Assembly (NCBI RefSeq): GCF_006345805.1
Contig: NC_043004.1
Span: 496,001-560,000, forward strand
DNA length: 64,000 bases
Direction of reading: 5' to 3'
DNA from: Octopus sinensis
Lineage: Eukaryota
Below the pieces are notes generated by a model. That model saw nothing but the letters and a program-made list of their open reading frames with translations, was not told the origin of the DNA and did not search any database. Within the stretch, counting starts at the first letter, position 1; each line of letters starts with the position of its first letter. The position numbers and the translations under genes were made by a program. Below, in pieces: positions 25,681 through 39,378 of this stretch.

Positions 25681-27599
25681 TGCTTATGAATTGAACCTGT
25701 AATACTGTGTTCAGATCAAAAGCAAGCATAAACTCCATAACAATATTTTATCAGGAACTGATGAGATCAGCAAACAACTAACCATTCAAGTTCTTGGTAG
25801 AAACATCTAGAACTTGTTTTAATCAATAGTTAGGCTGACCAGAGGAAATACAACAAACCCAACAGATGCTTAACTCTTGAGAATTCCAATTTTAAACAAC
25901 ATATTAGAATGTCATTAACAATTGTGTCTTTGGTGCCTTTTCTTTGACAGACCACTTGATATATATAAATTATTTGTCTGGTGACTGACCAGTGATCATG
26001 ATACAGCTACAATCAATTAGCTGCAAGAATTTTTGCTTCTCAATTTCAGGTATGAAACTCAACGACCTTAATCCACCATCATTGCTAATACACACATCTC
26101 TCACGGATACACACAAGCTGATTTATTTCTCTTTTTGCTGTCATCATCACAATAACAGTATTTTTGTTAAAGACGAAATATAAATTTTGTATTTGAAATT
26201 CACAGAGATTTTTGTTTTTCTGAGCCAGTGTCACACACCTGTGCCAGTACCAAATATAAAGCACCCAGTCTGGTACCAAGTAACAGCACTGGTGCTGGTT
26301 TCACATTAAAAGCACCCAGCATGATATGTAAAGAGGTTGGCATTAGGAAGGGCATCCAGCAGCGGAAACCATGACAAAACAGATGACTGGAGCCTGGTGC
26401 AGTTCACTGGCTGGCCACCTCCCCTCAAATTGTCCAATCCATGCCAGCATGGAAAACAGATGCTTAAATTATGATGATGATGATGACAATGATAACAATG
26501 ATGATGATGGTGATGATGATTAACCAACAAATTATGTATAATAATTTGCTAATCATATATGTTAATCCTTTCCAAATCATGGGGTTCTGTGTGGTAGGAG
26601 TTGATCTAGACTTTGTGTAACGTTAAACATTTGGGATATAAAGTATCCTCAGGATAGTAGGGGTCTAAGATGTTTTGCCTTAAAGAAGAATTGAGTTTAA
26701 CACTACGAAATACAGTTACTTGCCAATTTCTTCATACTGGCACAGCTAACAGTGGAAAACCATACAGTCCTTTGGCACATTCTTAAAGGTAGGCTTTTGG
26801 AAGCAGTTTCTTTCAAAATTTTTCCTGGACCATAGGTTTCATACGGCAAGTCAATTATCCAGCTCCCAGATTCTATGGTCTATAAATCACTAAAATAACA
26901 ACATTACACCTGACCATATTGGCAGTCAGTCGAGTCTCACTGCATGGCACCTTGGGCAAGTGTCTTCTGCTATAGCCTCGGGCTGACCAAAGTCTTGTGA
27001 GTGGATTTGGTAGACAGAAACTGAAAGAATACCGTCGTATATATGTATATGTGTGTGTGTTGTGTATCTGTGTTTGTCCCCTCAACATCGCTTGCCAACC
27101 GATGTTGGTGTGTTGAAGTCCCTGTTACTTAGCAGTTCGTGAAAAGAGACTGATAGAATAAGTACTTGGCTTACAAAGAATAAGTCCTGGGGTCGATTTG
27201 ATTCGACTAAAAGCGGTGCTCCAGTATGACTGTAGTTAAATGACTGAAACAAGTAAAAAGAAAAAGAATATATATATATATGTTTGTGTCTCTGTGTTTG
27301 TCCCCCCACCATTGCTTGACAACCAATGTTGGTGTGTTTATGTTCCTGTAACTTAGCAGTTCGACAAATTGGACCAATAGAATAAGTACTAAGCTTACAA
27401 AGAATAAGTCCTGGTCTCGATTTGTTCAACTAAAGGCGGTGCTCCAGCATGGCCACAATCAAATGACTGAAACAAATAAGAGAATAAGAGAAGATATATA
27501 TACTCTCTCTCTCTCTCTCACACACACACAATGGGTTTCTTTCAGTTTCCATCTACCACATCCACTCACAAGGCACAGAGATGGCCCAAGGCTATATAC

Positions 27600-28120
27600 T
27601 AGTAAACTAGTAACATCAGTTAAAAGGCCTCCTTTAGACAAAATACACAAACGAAATTGTCTGAAATGGACAGAAGATAACATGAAGATCGACTTTTGTT
27701 TACTGACGAAACTCGTGCTACCCTTGACGGACCTGATGGTTAGAGTAAGGGATGGGTTGTAAATGGACGCCATTGAGACGCCAACAAGGGGAGGAAGCAT
27801 CATGATTTGGGCAGGTAAGTGCCCGAGAGTGTTAAAATGGCTGTGGATGCTAACATAACCTTTCCGAGGGAGCACTTTGAACCTTGATTAAAAAAGCAAA
27901 GGATCGCCTTCAAGACAACCATAATATTCATGCAAGATGACGCGCCCTCACACTCAGCGAAGAAAATTACTGAGTATCTACGACAATTAGGCTTCTGTGG
28001 ACCTCGGAAGATTAAGGGGCCCGCCTGTTCCCCCAACATAACCCAGTAGAAAACTTGCGGAGTATTCTAAAGCGACGAGTTTATGAGAACTGACGTGAAT
28101 TTAAGATCAAAGATATATGA
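27600..28120 (+). mobile_element. Tc1-family transposase pseudogene with DD37E spacing
   Basis: Motifs FTDETRATLDGPDG, RRQQGGGSIMIWAG, FMQDDAPSHSAKK and CSP..NPVEN, with stops and frameshifts. 110 nt between the second D (27936) and the E (28049), i.e. 37 codons minus one base. Confidence 0.8.
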
Positions 28121-29372
28121 TAATAATGAAATTATTGTATACAGTGCTCAGGTGCACCACTGTGGTATGCAATAGCAGATGTATTTCGTGGTATAACATG
28201 AGAGGAGATCCAGAAATTAGCATGTTCCATGGACCAGCGCCTCTTCCAACTTATTTTAAAAACAAAGGCTCATCCTTTAACCCTTACAAAACAGCTCATC
28301 TATCAATTTTCAACGATGATTATTTGTTTATTTCTATTTCTTCTATGTTTATGACTATGTATTCATTTCAGCATGTACATCAAGCAATTGAATTGATATT
28401 TTCTTGTTTAACGAATTTCAATTACACCTCGCTCGCTAATAATTTGAAACTGGAAGTTTACGTAAATTTGGTAAATGGCTGTAGTTTCTGTGTTGTTTTA
28501 CGGAATCGCACGTTTTTTTACACAACACACGCATATAACTATTGCCATCGTTCTGTGGAAATTTCGTTGAATTCGAACGAGTAGTTTTTAAATAAATATT
28601 TAAAAACCTGTTAATAATTTGAAACTGAGCCGTTAATTGATAAAATCTGGTAAGCCCAAGGGAGACAACCTCGAAATTATTATTACCTTTTATCTTTCCT
28701 TCGTCTTATGTTATTGGACTGTGGCCATCCTGGGGCACCGCCTTGGCGTGTTTAGGCGAACAAATCGATTTTTGTTTTTAAAAACAATATTTATTCTATT
28801 AGCCTCTTTTGCTGAGCCCCTAAATTACGGGTATATAAACAAAGTCGTACTAGTTGTCAAGCTATGTTACACTTATGCTGAGGTTGACTTTGCCTTCGGG
28901 GTTCGATAAAATTGGTAGAAATCTAACACTGGAGTTGATGAAATCGATTATCCCTCTCCCCCCAAATTTCAGGCCTTGTGCCTATAGTAGAAAGGATTAC
29001 CGACCTTTGGCGATATACCGTGCTTGTGAAGACCTGTCAAATCAAGTGAGATGGTGGTCGCGGCCGATGCCGCTGTCAGGTTAATGGCACCCGTGGAAGT
29101 AACATGTAAACAGCACTCCCTACACTCAGAGTGACTGGCGTTAGGAAGGGCATCCAGCCGTAGAAACCATGCCAAATCAGATTGGAACCTGGTGCAGCTC
29201 TCCAGTTTACCAGTTTGAGTCAGACCGTCTAACCCATGCCGGCATGGAAAGCGGCCGTTAAATGATGATGATCATTATCATGATCATCATCTTAACTCGG
29301 GATTGGTCTTATGCTTGATAGAATTTTATTTATGTGGGTAGCAGGTTACCTAGCTGTCCTCATCATAAGGCA

Positions 29373-29870
29373 TCAAATGCTCAAAACCATTCTGATGATC
29401 TCCCATGTTCCTATGACGTAAACAAACTTTCTGTAGAAGCACTGCAAGACATTTCATTCCTATCTCTGTTATTCATTTATTCTATTTCTTCACACACATT
29501 CCCTCATGCACCAATTATCAAAGATACAATGTTCCAAATCCTCACATTCCAGTTTCCTGCTTTCCTTCAAATCTCCTCTGTTTCATTATCAAAACAGTGC
29601 ACTTTTCAAGCCCGAATTCCATTCCTACATCATTTGAGAAAATGCAAACATTCATACACTAAACTTTCCAGCTGCTTCTCATTTTCTGCATCAAGCTTAT
29701 TGTTATCATTTTTATATCTAACATACAAAGACTGTTGCTGAAGCTGTCATTAACGAACCAGCTGTTCCCTTCCTGTGAACTAAGGTGCTGTGTTCTTTTC
29801 AAGTCTCGAGGACTCTGTGGAGACTCCTTGCACTGTCAAATAATGCTGTTTTCTGAATGTGCTCCATTGC
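29373..29870 (-). mobile_element. Two adjacent R4/Dong-like (RLE-clade) LINE remnants
   Basis: IQKTALFDSARSLHRVLET* (stop at 29799) and NKLDAENEKQLESL / SNDVGMEFGLEKCTVLIMK / LLQKVC..GTWEIIRMVLSI* (stop at 29373). These resemble MDDLKLY, FSNDIGMEFGLDKC and LQKxxLLGTARILRKVL motifs. Confidence 0.6.
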
Positions 29871-30094
29871 AGTCAATAAGTGGAACGGTTAAAATATGCA
29901 AGACTTTCCTCAAATTTAAAATTTCACATTGTTTTTGTTTACCTGTATTCCAGCCACAGAGCTTTGTTATCTTTGTTAGAATCTAGCTGTTTCCTCGGAG
30001 GAAGAATTTTAATGATTAAAAACAGAAGAGCTCATTCATACATAACACACATACATATATACATACATTTGCCATGATAGATCGCTAGACACTA

Positions 30095-30262
30095 GACATA
30101 TTTTTTTCTCTCCTTGTTTCTTTCTGTGTTCCTTTTTGTGGAAGAGCATAGGCTCGAAACGTTAAAGACTTTTTTCAATTCCTGAGCGTTATACTAATAC
30201 ATCTGTTTGTTTTCTACACCACCTGTCTTCGTCTTTTGTTTTTTTTTTTGTGAATTCTCACT
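30095..30262 (+). repeat. Penelope-like terminal repeat, copy 1, with hammerhead-like motif at 30132-30167
   Basis: GAAGAGCATAGGCTCGAAACGTTAAAGAC followed by TTCCTGAGCG..CTAATACA..TCTTCGTCTTTTGT, shared with 41790-42030 and 44735-44908. Confidence 0.55.
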
Positions 30263-30265
30263 CTA

Positions 30266-30825
30266 TATACATACATACACACATACATACATACATACAT
30301 ACATACATACATACATACATACATACATGCAGGCAGGCAGATAGGCATATATACATACACATGCATACACATGCATACACACATACATATGTACATACAT
30401 GCATACATACATTCATACATACATACATGCAGGCAGGCAGATAGGCATATATACATACACACGCATACACATGCATACACACATACATATGTACATACAT
30501 GCATGCATATATACATACATGCAGACAGGCAGATAAGCATATATACATACACAAACATATGCATACATACACACATACATATGTACACACATACATATGT
30601 ACATACATACATACACACATACATACACACATACATACATACATACACACATACATACACACACATACATACATACATACATACATACATACATACACAT
30701 ACATATGTACACACACACATACATATGTACACATACAGATACACACACACATACATACATACGTACATACATAAACACATACATATGTACACACACACAT
30801 ACATACATACATACATACATACATT
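30266..30825. repeat. Complex (TACA)n/(CA)n microsatellite with three GCAGGCAGATAGGC-type inserts
   Basis: Direct inspection. It explains the many low-complexity ORFs at 30214-30896. Confidence 0.9.
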
Positions 30826-31309
30826 TTCATATGCTTTGGAAACCATTAAAATACCGCCCCCATAATCTCCAACTTTTAATACTTTTAGATTTATAAAATA
30901 TCATTTAAAATATCAAATATTTTAACGAAGACATTTGTGGAACAGGGAAAACAATCGAAAGCCAACATTTCTTCTTAAACAAAGAGATTGAAGGTTGAAC
31001 TAAGAGGGACAATGACACCCATTGTTAACAATTGCCTGAAATAGGCCTCCATGTGCTCTGACAGAAGTGGCTTTAACTTGGAATGTGTGTGACCTAGATG
31101 ACTGTGAATACCTAAGGGCAGAATATATATATTAATGTATATTACTTAGTTGGTTAATGATGTGTGAACACTTACAGAAACAGATGTGTGTGTGTATGTG
31201 TGTCTGTGCATGTGTATATATAGGTGTATATGTCTATATGTATACATACATATACCTAAGGAAATATATAGACAGATAGGTATAGTTGCAGATATATGCA
31301 CAAGCACAA

Positions 31310-31358
<49 letters not shown>

Positions 31359-31529
31359 GCGAAAGACAATCTTGATTTCCAACTTAATATGGATGTTGTG
31401 TTATAACTTAGAATACTGTATTATTTACCTTGAGAAAATACTCGCATAAGGACTCTTGGTACATATAAGAACTCATAATTATAATGTCGACAGACAATAT
31501 ATATATATATATATGTATTGATATAAATA

Positions 31530-31566
<37 letters not shown>

Positions 31567-32100
31567 TATATACATACATACATATATGTACATACCTACA
31601 TATATATGTGTATACACAGGCATATATGGGACGTCAAAAAAATGTGAACAACATGAAAAACAAGAACAGGAAAAACAAAAACATGGAAAACGAATTTTTT
31701 TTTTGAACAACGAAAGAAACAAAGAGAGAAAAGAGACAGGCAACATAAAGAACAATCCCTTCATCAGTTGTCCCCTGTTCTATGCACTCCGCGTTGGTAA
31801 CACTTGGGACAAGATGCGTCTTCGTTAAAACAGTTGTTCCCGCAAAGCAAATTAAATTAAATTTGGGATTTGCAGAGGGTTAAACTGGTAACAAAAAACA
31901 GGACTGTAAGAACAAAAGCGTAAAAACAAACGGTAAGGACTGTGAAGCCATAATGAGGTGAAGTGGTGAACGCTAGAGAAGCAAGCTTTGACAGGAGACA
32001 GGTAAACTTTAATAGGTTTCAGCTAGTATAGGCCCAGGCCATGTCTAACTTAATAACACCACCTGGTGAAGTCTTTTAGTCATATATGGGGCACCATGAC

Positions 32101-32410
32101 CCACCCTAGCAAAGAGTTATTATTGTTGGTGACATATCCAGGTATAGGAGGTTGGTCCGAGACTTTTTGAAGAAATTTGTCCAGTGATCATTTGAATTTT
32201 ATGGGATCCGTTTCCATTTTGATGTATTTTGGTTTGGTATTAAAAAGAGGTGGACCGATTGAGGTAAAGTAATTGTGACATAATGTTGCTATGTGTACTG
32301 AGTTCGATTTTTGTACTGGACAGTTAGCACGGGGGCCAAGTCTTGGATGGATTTTAAAATTGATGCCAACAACATTTGTGCAATATTGATGGAATATTTT
32401 CCACATCACA
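32101..32410 (-). mobile_element. CR1/L2-group LINE ORF2 C-terminal fragment
   Basis: HNYFTSIGPPLFNTKPKYIKMETDPIKFK*SLDKFLQKVSDQPPIPGYVTNNNNSLL resembles the FxxxGPxLFN...FKxxLDxFL...PDxP LINE terminus. Confidence 0.65.
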
Positions 32411-32961
32411 CAAATGATGTAGCGTTCCCGGTGGCGTTAGATATATATAAACTTACTTGGAAATGGATGTGTGTCGTTCAATTAAATAATAATAATAAAT
32501 AATATATATATACATATATATATATGACAGCGGCTATGCTGGAGCACCGCCTTTTGTTGAGCAAATCGACTCCAGAGCTTATTCTTTGTAAGCCTAGTAC
32601 TTATTTTATTGGTCTCTTTTGCTGAACCGCTGAGTTACGGGGACGTAAATACACCAGCATCAATTGTCAAGCGATGTTGGGTGAGACAAGCACAGACACA
32701 CAAACATATACACACACTTACATACACATATATATACATATATGACAGGCTTCTTCCAGTTTCTGTCTACCAAATCCACTCACAAGGCTTTTGTTTGGCC
32801 CGAGGCTATCGTAGAAGACACTTGCCCAAGGTGCCGTGCAGTGGGACTGAACCTGGGACCATGTGGTTGGTAAGCAAGCTACTTACCACACAGCTACTCC
32901 TGTGCCTATATATATATATACATATATATATTATTTCTTTTTCTTCTTCTTCTTCTTCTTC

Positions 32962-33007
<46 letters not shown>

Positions 33008-33849
33008 CATTATTATTATTTAGGTCACTGCCTGGAATGTCCGCAGGCATATGGCTTAGAGGTTAAGATTCCAAGTTCAATTCCAGGTAGTGACCTGAAT
33101 AGTAATAATAATAATAACAACAACAACAACAACAACAACAACAAACCCAGGTTTGAAATTTTCCCAAGACACCTGATGAAGTCTGGAGGGTATATCAGCC
33201 AAAACATTGTGTTAACAGCAAACAAGATGAGGACAAATATCCGTCAAATGTAAATAATGTAAATAATGTACATAATTCCTCATCTCTTAAACATAAAACT
33301 GAACATGATTCCTTGTTTCAAGGAATATGGCACAAGATGACAAATAGACACTGAACTGAATGAGATATGAATGTTTTCCAAATTTTTATGCTGCCCTAGA
33401 ACAAGTGCTTTTTATATGGCATATAAATATTGTGGCTGATGCCATGTAAAATGCAACTGTGCTGGTTCCACATCAAAAGCAGTCATGCTGTTGCCATGTA
33501 GGAGGCACCTGTACAGGTGCCACATAAAAGGTATCCAGTACACTCTGTAAAGTAGTTGGCATTAGGAACGGTGTCAAACTGTAGAAACCATACTAAAATA
33601 GGAAATGGAGCCCGGTACAGCTCCCAGTCTGGCCAGCTCCAGTCAAACTGTCTGACCCATGCCAGCACGGAAAACGGACGTTAAATCATGATGATGATGA
33701 TGATGATACATTGTAATAAGGAATTCACTCATTCAGAAAACTATAACCTGAAAAATGAGAATGTATATGCTTGTGTGTATGTGTATTTATGTGTGTATGT
33801 GTGTGTGTGTGTGTGCATGTGCATGCATGTGTGTGTTTGCATGCATATA

Positions 33850-35155
33850 CCACATCGTCATTATCATCTACGTCATCATCATCATCTATATCATCATTAT
33901 CTACATCATCATCATCATCATCATCATCATCTATATCATCATCATTATCATCATCATTGTCATCTACATCATCATCATCATCTATATCATTATCATCATC
34001 ATCATCATCAACATCATCATCATGACTGGTTTATGTCTACTTTTCTCTGGTGGCATGGATCCAATAGTCTCTCTGTGGTAGTCTTTTACAGTCACAGATG
34101 CCCTCACATTTCACAGCTCAGAATCTGTAAAGTGGTTGGCAAATGAGCAGGAACACTGCCAGGTCGAAAGGACTTTTTAGGCTTGCCAAGGACATCATGA
34201 CCTCTCTAGTGTTGGTGACATAATATGCTGCACCCTGTGCACTCTGCAAAGTGGTTGGCGTTCGAGAATAACATCCAGCAGTAGTCACCATGCTGAAGAT
34301 GGAACATGTGAGCAAGACACACTCCAGCATCCCATCCAGGAGGGGGGATATTCACCACAAATAAACATATGACTCAGATTATGACTACTTGTCCAATCCA
34401 TGCCAGCAAGGGAAGGAGATGTGAAAAAAAATGATGATGATGGTGATGATGGTGATGGTGGTAGTGGTTGTAGTGATGATGCAGTTGATGTTTGTTTGCT
34501 TGTTTGTTTGTTGAGCAAAGCGGTCTTCATCCCAGAGCTCGCAAGATCGCGCCTTAGGATTGTCTGTAGTGGGAGAAGTCCGAAACGTGGTCCTTTGCTA
34601 TTCGTAAGACCCGCAGAAGAGAAAGCAGGTCAACCCCTGACACCGAGAGCATCGATGGATGGATGAACACGCATCCAGGCTCAGTGGTTGCGTAGGAGGT
34701 CGGGGACAAGAAACAGGAAGAAAGAGTGAGAGCAAGTTGGAGTGAAAGAGTACAACAGGGGTCGCCACTACCCCCTGCTGGAGCCTCATGGAGCTTTAGG
34801 TGTTTTCGCTCAATAAACACGCACAACGCCCGGTCTGGGAATTGAAACCGTGATCCTCCAACTGCGAGTCTGTTGCCCTAACCATTGGGCCATTGCGCCT
34901 CCACTGGTGTTGTTTGTGGCGGTGGTGGTGGTGGTGGTGGTGGTGGTGGTTGTAGAGATGATGCAGTTGATGTTAATGGTAATGGTGGTGGTGGTGGTGG
35001 TGGTGGTTGTAGTGATAGTGGTGATGGTGGTGGTGTTGATGGTAGTGATAATAACAGGGCTGGTGTCAATGATGATGATGATGATGATGACAATGATGAA
35101 GATAGTAGTGGTGGTGTTGGTGGTGGTAGCAGTGACAGTGGTGGTAGAAGTGTTG

Positions 35156-35187
<32 letters not shown>

Positions 35188-35220
35188 GGTAATGGTGGTG
35201 GCAGTGACAGTGGTGATGAA
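33850..35220. repeat. Flanking (CAT)n and (GGT/GAT)n trinucleotide fields
   Basis: Long imperfect triplet runs at about 33850-34025, 34430-34490 and 34915-35220. Confidence 0.85.
34490..34902 (-). mobile_element. Full-length tRNA-derived SINE of a family seen only once in this window
   Basis: Minus-strand head GGAGGCGCAATGGCCCAATGGTTAGGGC (A box), GGTTTCAATTCC (B box), ~300-bp GC-rich body and (AAAC)n tail. Confidence 0.75.
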
Positions 35221-36922
35221 TTAATGAAATTTCTTCCTGTCTTTCCAAATTTGCATCTGTGTAGCCAGGTGAGAAATCAATATATTTATATTCCATTGAC
35301 TCTATGCAGCAAAAAATTAAGAAGAAAATACAATAAATAATTCACAAAAACACATACAAAACATCTAGAAAGAAACTCTTTGATGCTGATAACAGTGTTG
35401 CGAGACTTCAAATGTTTCCCTAAAACTTTGCTATCAGTAATTTTATGTTTTCTCATGTTCTTTTTATCAGTTGCAATGCAATTTATCTCTTTCCAATACC
35501 TAACAAGTCTGGCTCTGTGTTACCAATGCTCCAAGAAACTATCACTCCCAAAGTCATCATCATCATCATCACCATCACCATCACCATCACCATCATCATT
35601 TAACATCCACTTGGAATTTTGTCGAGGCAGATTTCCTATGGTCAGGTACTGATCCTGTCACTAACTCTCACCTGTTCCCAAGCAATGTAAATATTCCACC
35701 CTCACCTCCCCACCCTCATAGCTAGAAAAATAATCCAGAATCCTTGTCCGGTACCAGATCGATCCCAAAATCTAATCAGTTTGTGCCAGTCACAAGGTAA
35801 TAATGGTTTCAAATTATGGCACAAAGCTAGCAATTTGGAGGGGATGGAGCAGAGGTAAGTTGATTGGTCCCAGTGTTCAACTGGGATTTTATTTTATTGA
35901 TCCTGGAAAAATGAAAAGCAAAGTAAAAATCATCATCATCATCATCGTTTAACATCCGCTTTCCATGCTGGCATGGATTGGACGGTTTGACAGAAGACTG
36001 GCAAACCGAGAGGCTGCACCAGGCTCCAATCTTGATCTGACAAAGTTTCTACAGCTGGATGCCCTTCCTAACGCCAACCACTCCGTGAGTGTAGTGGGTG
36101 CCTTTTACATGCTACTAGCATGGGGGCCAGTCAGGCGGTACTGGCAACTCAATGGAATTTGAACCCAGGATGTAAAGACGGATGAAATTCCGCAAAGCAT
36201 TTTGCTCAGAATGTTAAGAATTCTTACAGATTACAACTTTAGTAATATTTAAACTACTGCAAGTAGGAGATGTTAATAAATGACTAAACTAAAACCTATT
36301 TAAGAGGTGAAACAAATAATGGCTAACAACCATTTCTTTTTGCTTATACTATTTTTTTACTGTGTCAGCAAGGATAGGATGGTTTTGTTGGAAATTGTTT
36401 TTACAGTAGGCTTTCATCCCTCCCAATAAATATTTAATCATGAGATGGGAGTGGAGCTCGTCATACCATTAATGAGAGCAATGTTGTCTTGTTTGCAACA
36501 GCACAGTACGATGATTGTGGAGTGGTTTGAACATGTAAACATGTAATCATATGATCTATGGTCCAACATGTTAAGCTTCCGACTTGTATGCTGAAATCAA
36601 CATAATACATTGCTTTGTATATATAGATATATATTTTTATATTTGTTTTAGTCATTAGACTGTGGCCATGCTGGGGCACAGCCCTGAAGAATTTTTAGTT
36701 GTATGAATCGACTCCTGTACCTGTGTTTTTTTTATGAGCTTGGTATTTATTTTATTGATTTCTTTTACTGTACTGCTAAGTTATGAGGATGTAAACGAAC
36801 CAACACCAGTTGTCAAGCAGTGATGGGGGACAAACATAGACACAAACACATATATGTGTATATATGTGTATATACATTTATATACATATATATATATATA
36901 TACATATGTATATATATATATG

Positions 36923-36974
<52 letters not shown>

Positions 36975-37068
36975 CAACAATTGAGGGTAAAATTAATTAA
37001 TTAATTAATCAATTTCACCAAGTATTCAGTATGCAAAGGGACCATTTAAGGCAAATTCAAATTATTAC

Positions 37069-37284
37069 ATTATATAAAAGGGCTTAGTAAAATAAATTAC
37101 TTTGCCGCATACTGAACTCGTTAGAAATAGCAGCTAAAAAAAACTATTTCTAACACTTAAAGAAAACCTCTCTCATATAGTGTTATGAGAGAGGTTTTCT
37201 TTAAGTGTTAGAAATAGTTTTTTTTAGCTGCTATTTCTAACGAGTTCAGTATGCGGCAAAGTAATTTATTTTACTAAGCCCTTT

Positions 37285-37292
<8 letters not shown>
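37069..37292. repeat. Perfect 109-bp inverted repeat with 6-nt loop
   Basis: Arms 37069-37177 and 37184-37292 are exact reverse complements by manual check, including the A8/T8 runs. Loop TAGTGT. Confidence 0.9.
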
Positions 37293-37326
<34 letters not shown>

Positions 37327-37632
37327 AAGGTAGAACAGCAAGAACACAATAACGAGAAAACATAAAAGCCTAACATGTAGAAGAAAGGACGATAGCACCA
37401 CAACGGCAAACAGGACAAAACAAGATACATGGATCAATCACAGCCAATTACCTCTTCAGCCAGAGGCCAGACAGTCTTTGTAGTTTTGCTAGTGGCTGTG
37501 TGGTAAGTAGCTTTCTTACCAACCACATGGCTCCGGGTTCAGTCCAACTGCGTGGCACCTTGGGCAAGGGTCTTCTGCTATAGCCTTGGGCCGACCAAAG
37601 CCTTGTGACTGGATTTGGTTGACAGAAACTGT

Positions 37633-37976
37633 AGAAGTAGTGGGGGTGCATCATAGCCATAAGTTGAGGGGAATTCTTTGAGTTTTGGATCATTCACCTT
37701 TGGAAACATGGATGTTTTGTTTAACATCTTTAAACAACCTTTATTCAGGGACCTTTTGAGTGGGATGGGCTACTCGACCTCAAGCAAATTCTAACTGGGC
37801 CCTACCTGCATGGTCATGTGCTGTTTATCTTGATATGAGATCACCATGTCGCACACATATGGTTGTGATGCATGTGCCTGGTCTACCCTTATCAGACGGG
37901 TAGTCATGATGGGTATACTGGGCTTCGTATAGTTTACCCCAGTGTCACTTGGATGGCATGCACTACTCTCTCACTC

Positions 37977-38015
<39 letters not shown>

Positions 38016-38022
38016 TATAATG

Positions 38023-38077
<55 letters not shown>

Positions 38078-38097
38078 TAATAATAATAATAATGATG

Positions 38098-38157
<60 letters not shown>

Positions 38158-38735
38158 GCCCTGATGCAGTACCAGGCGGAGGCTCTCATGGCTTCTGATC
38201 TTAACTGATTGGAAGTGTTATCATGTACATTGTTATGTCTTGGTATAAAAGATGGGCTACAGCAAATATTCTGCTCAATACCACAGATTTGCTTGTCAGT
38301 TGTTTGACCTTAACCAGTTGAGCATGTCCCTTAGTGGCTGACGATATGTGCATCTCTGATCACGAGCAGAAGTAGTGGGGGAGCATCATAGCCATGTGTT
38401 GAGAGGGATTCTTTGGGGTTTGAATAATTCACCTCTGGAGACATGGGTGGATTTTTCAACATCCTTAAACAACCCTTATTCAGGGACCGTTTGAGCGGGA
38501 TGGGCTACTCAACCTGAAGAAAATTCTAACTGGGCCCCACCTGCAAGGTCATGTGCAGTTTATCTTGATATGAGATCACCATGCCGCGCACATATGGTTG
38601 TGATGCATGTGCCTGGTGTGCCCTTATCAGATGGGTAGTCATGATAGGTATATTGGGCTTCGTATATTTTACCCCAGTGTCACTTTGATGGCATGCTCTG
38701 CTCGCTCACTCAATAATAATAATAATAACAATAAT
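37633..38735 (+). mobile_element. Two tandem 5'-truncated retroelement 3' ends with (AAT)n tails
   Basis: AGAAGTAGTGGGGG...CTCACTCAATAATAAT occurs at 37633-37980 and 38368-38716. The second copy extends 5' to about 38156. The first interrupts a SINE. Parent LINE not identified. Confidence 0.65.
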
Positions 38736-38769
38736 AATACCTGGTAACTAAACATGCATTAGTGTGATG

Positions 38770-38827
<58 letters not shown>

Positions 38828-38898
38828 TAATAATACCTGGTAACTAAACATGCATTAGTGTGGTGATAATAATAATAATAATAATCATAATAATAATC

Positions 38899-38932
<34 letters not shown>

Positions 38933-39159
38933 CAACAACAACAATGGTTTCAAATTTTGTCGCAAGGTTAGCCATTTTGTGGGAGGGGATGTGTCGATTA
39001 CATCAACCCTAGTGTTCAACTGGTACTTAATTTATCGACCCTGAGAGGATAAAAGGCAAAATTGACCTTGGCAGAATTTGAACTCAGAACGTAGAGACTG
39101 GTGAAATATCACCAAGCATTTAGGCCAGCATGCAAACGAATCTGCCAGCTCGCCACCTT

Positions 39160-39378
<219 letters not shown>

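Noticed and set aside
28117-28584. 155-aa + strand ORF
   Set aside because: It lies in the 3' flank of the Tc1 relic, has low-information AT-rich composition and shows no domain motif.
30214-30896. Long ORFs (up to 210 aa) on both strands
   Set aside because: They are translations of a TACA/CA microsatellite. The same applies to the poly-I/N/H/Y/V ORFs at 33.7-35.3, 37.9-39.8, 40.9, 48.7 and 49.7 kb.
31755-31775. CTGATGAAGGG on the minus strand (similar CTGAAGAGG near 37455)
   Set aside because: No stem II or GAAA follows, so no ribozyme can be built. At most a repeat remnant.
34552-34595. GGA-GAAG-TCC-GAAACGT resembling a hammerhead half inside the SINE
   Set aside because: The upstream core (CTGTAGTG) and cleavage triplet (GUG) do not fit, and stem I is not adjacent.
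38716-38945. Repeat-spacer look of the AAT tract, and likewise the 48-bp and 184-bp arrays
   Set aside because: Not CRISPR: the spacers are identical or homologous rather than unique, there are no cas genes, and the context is eukaryotic.
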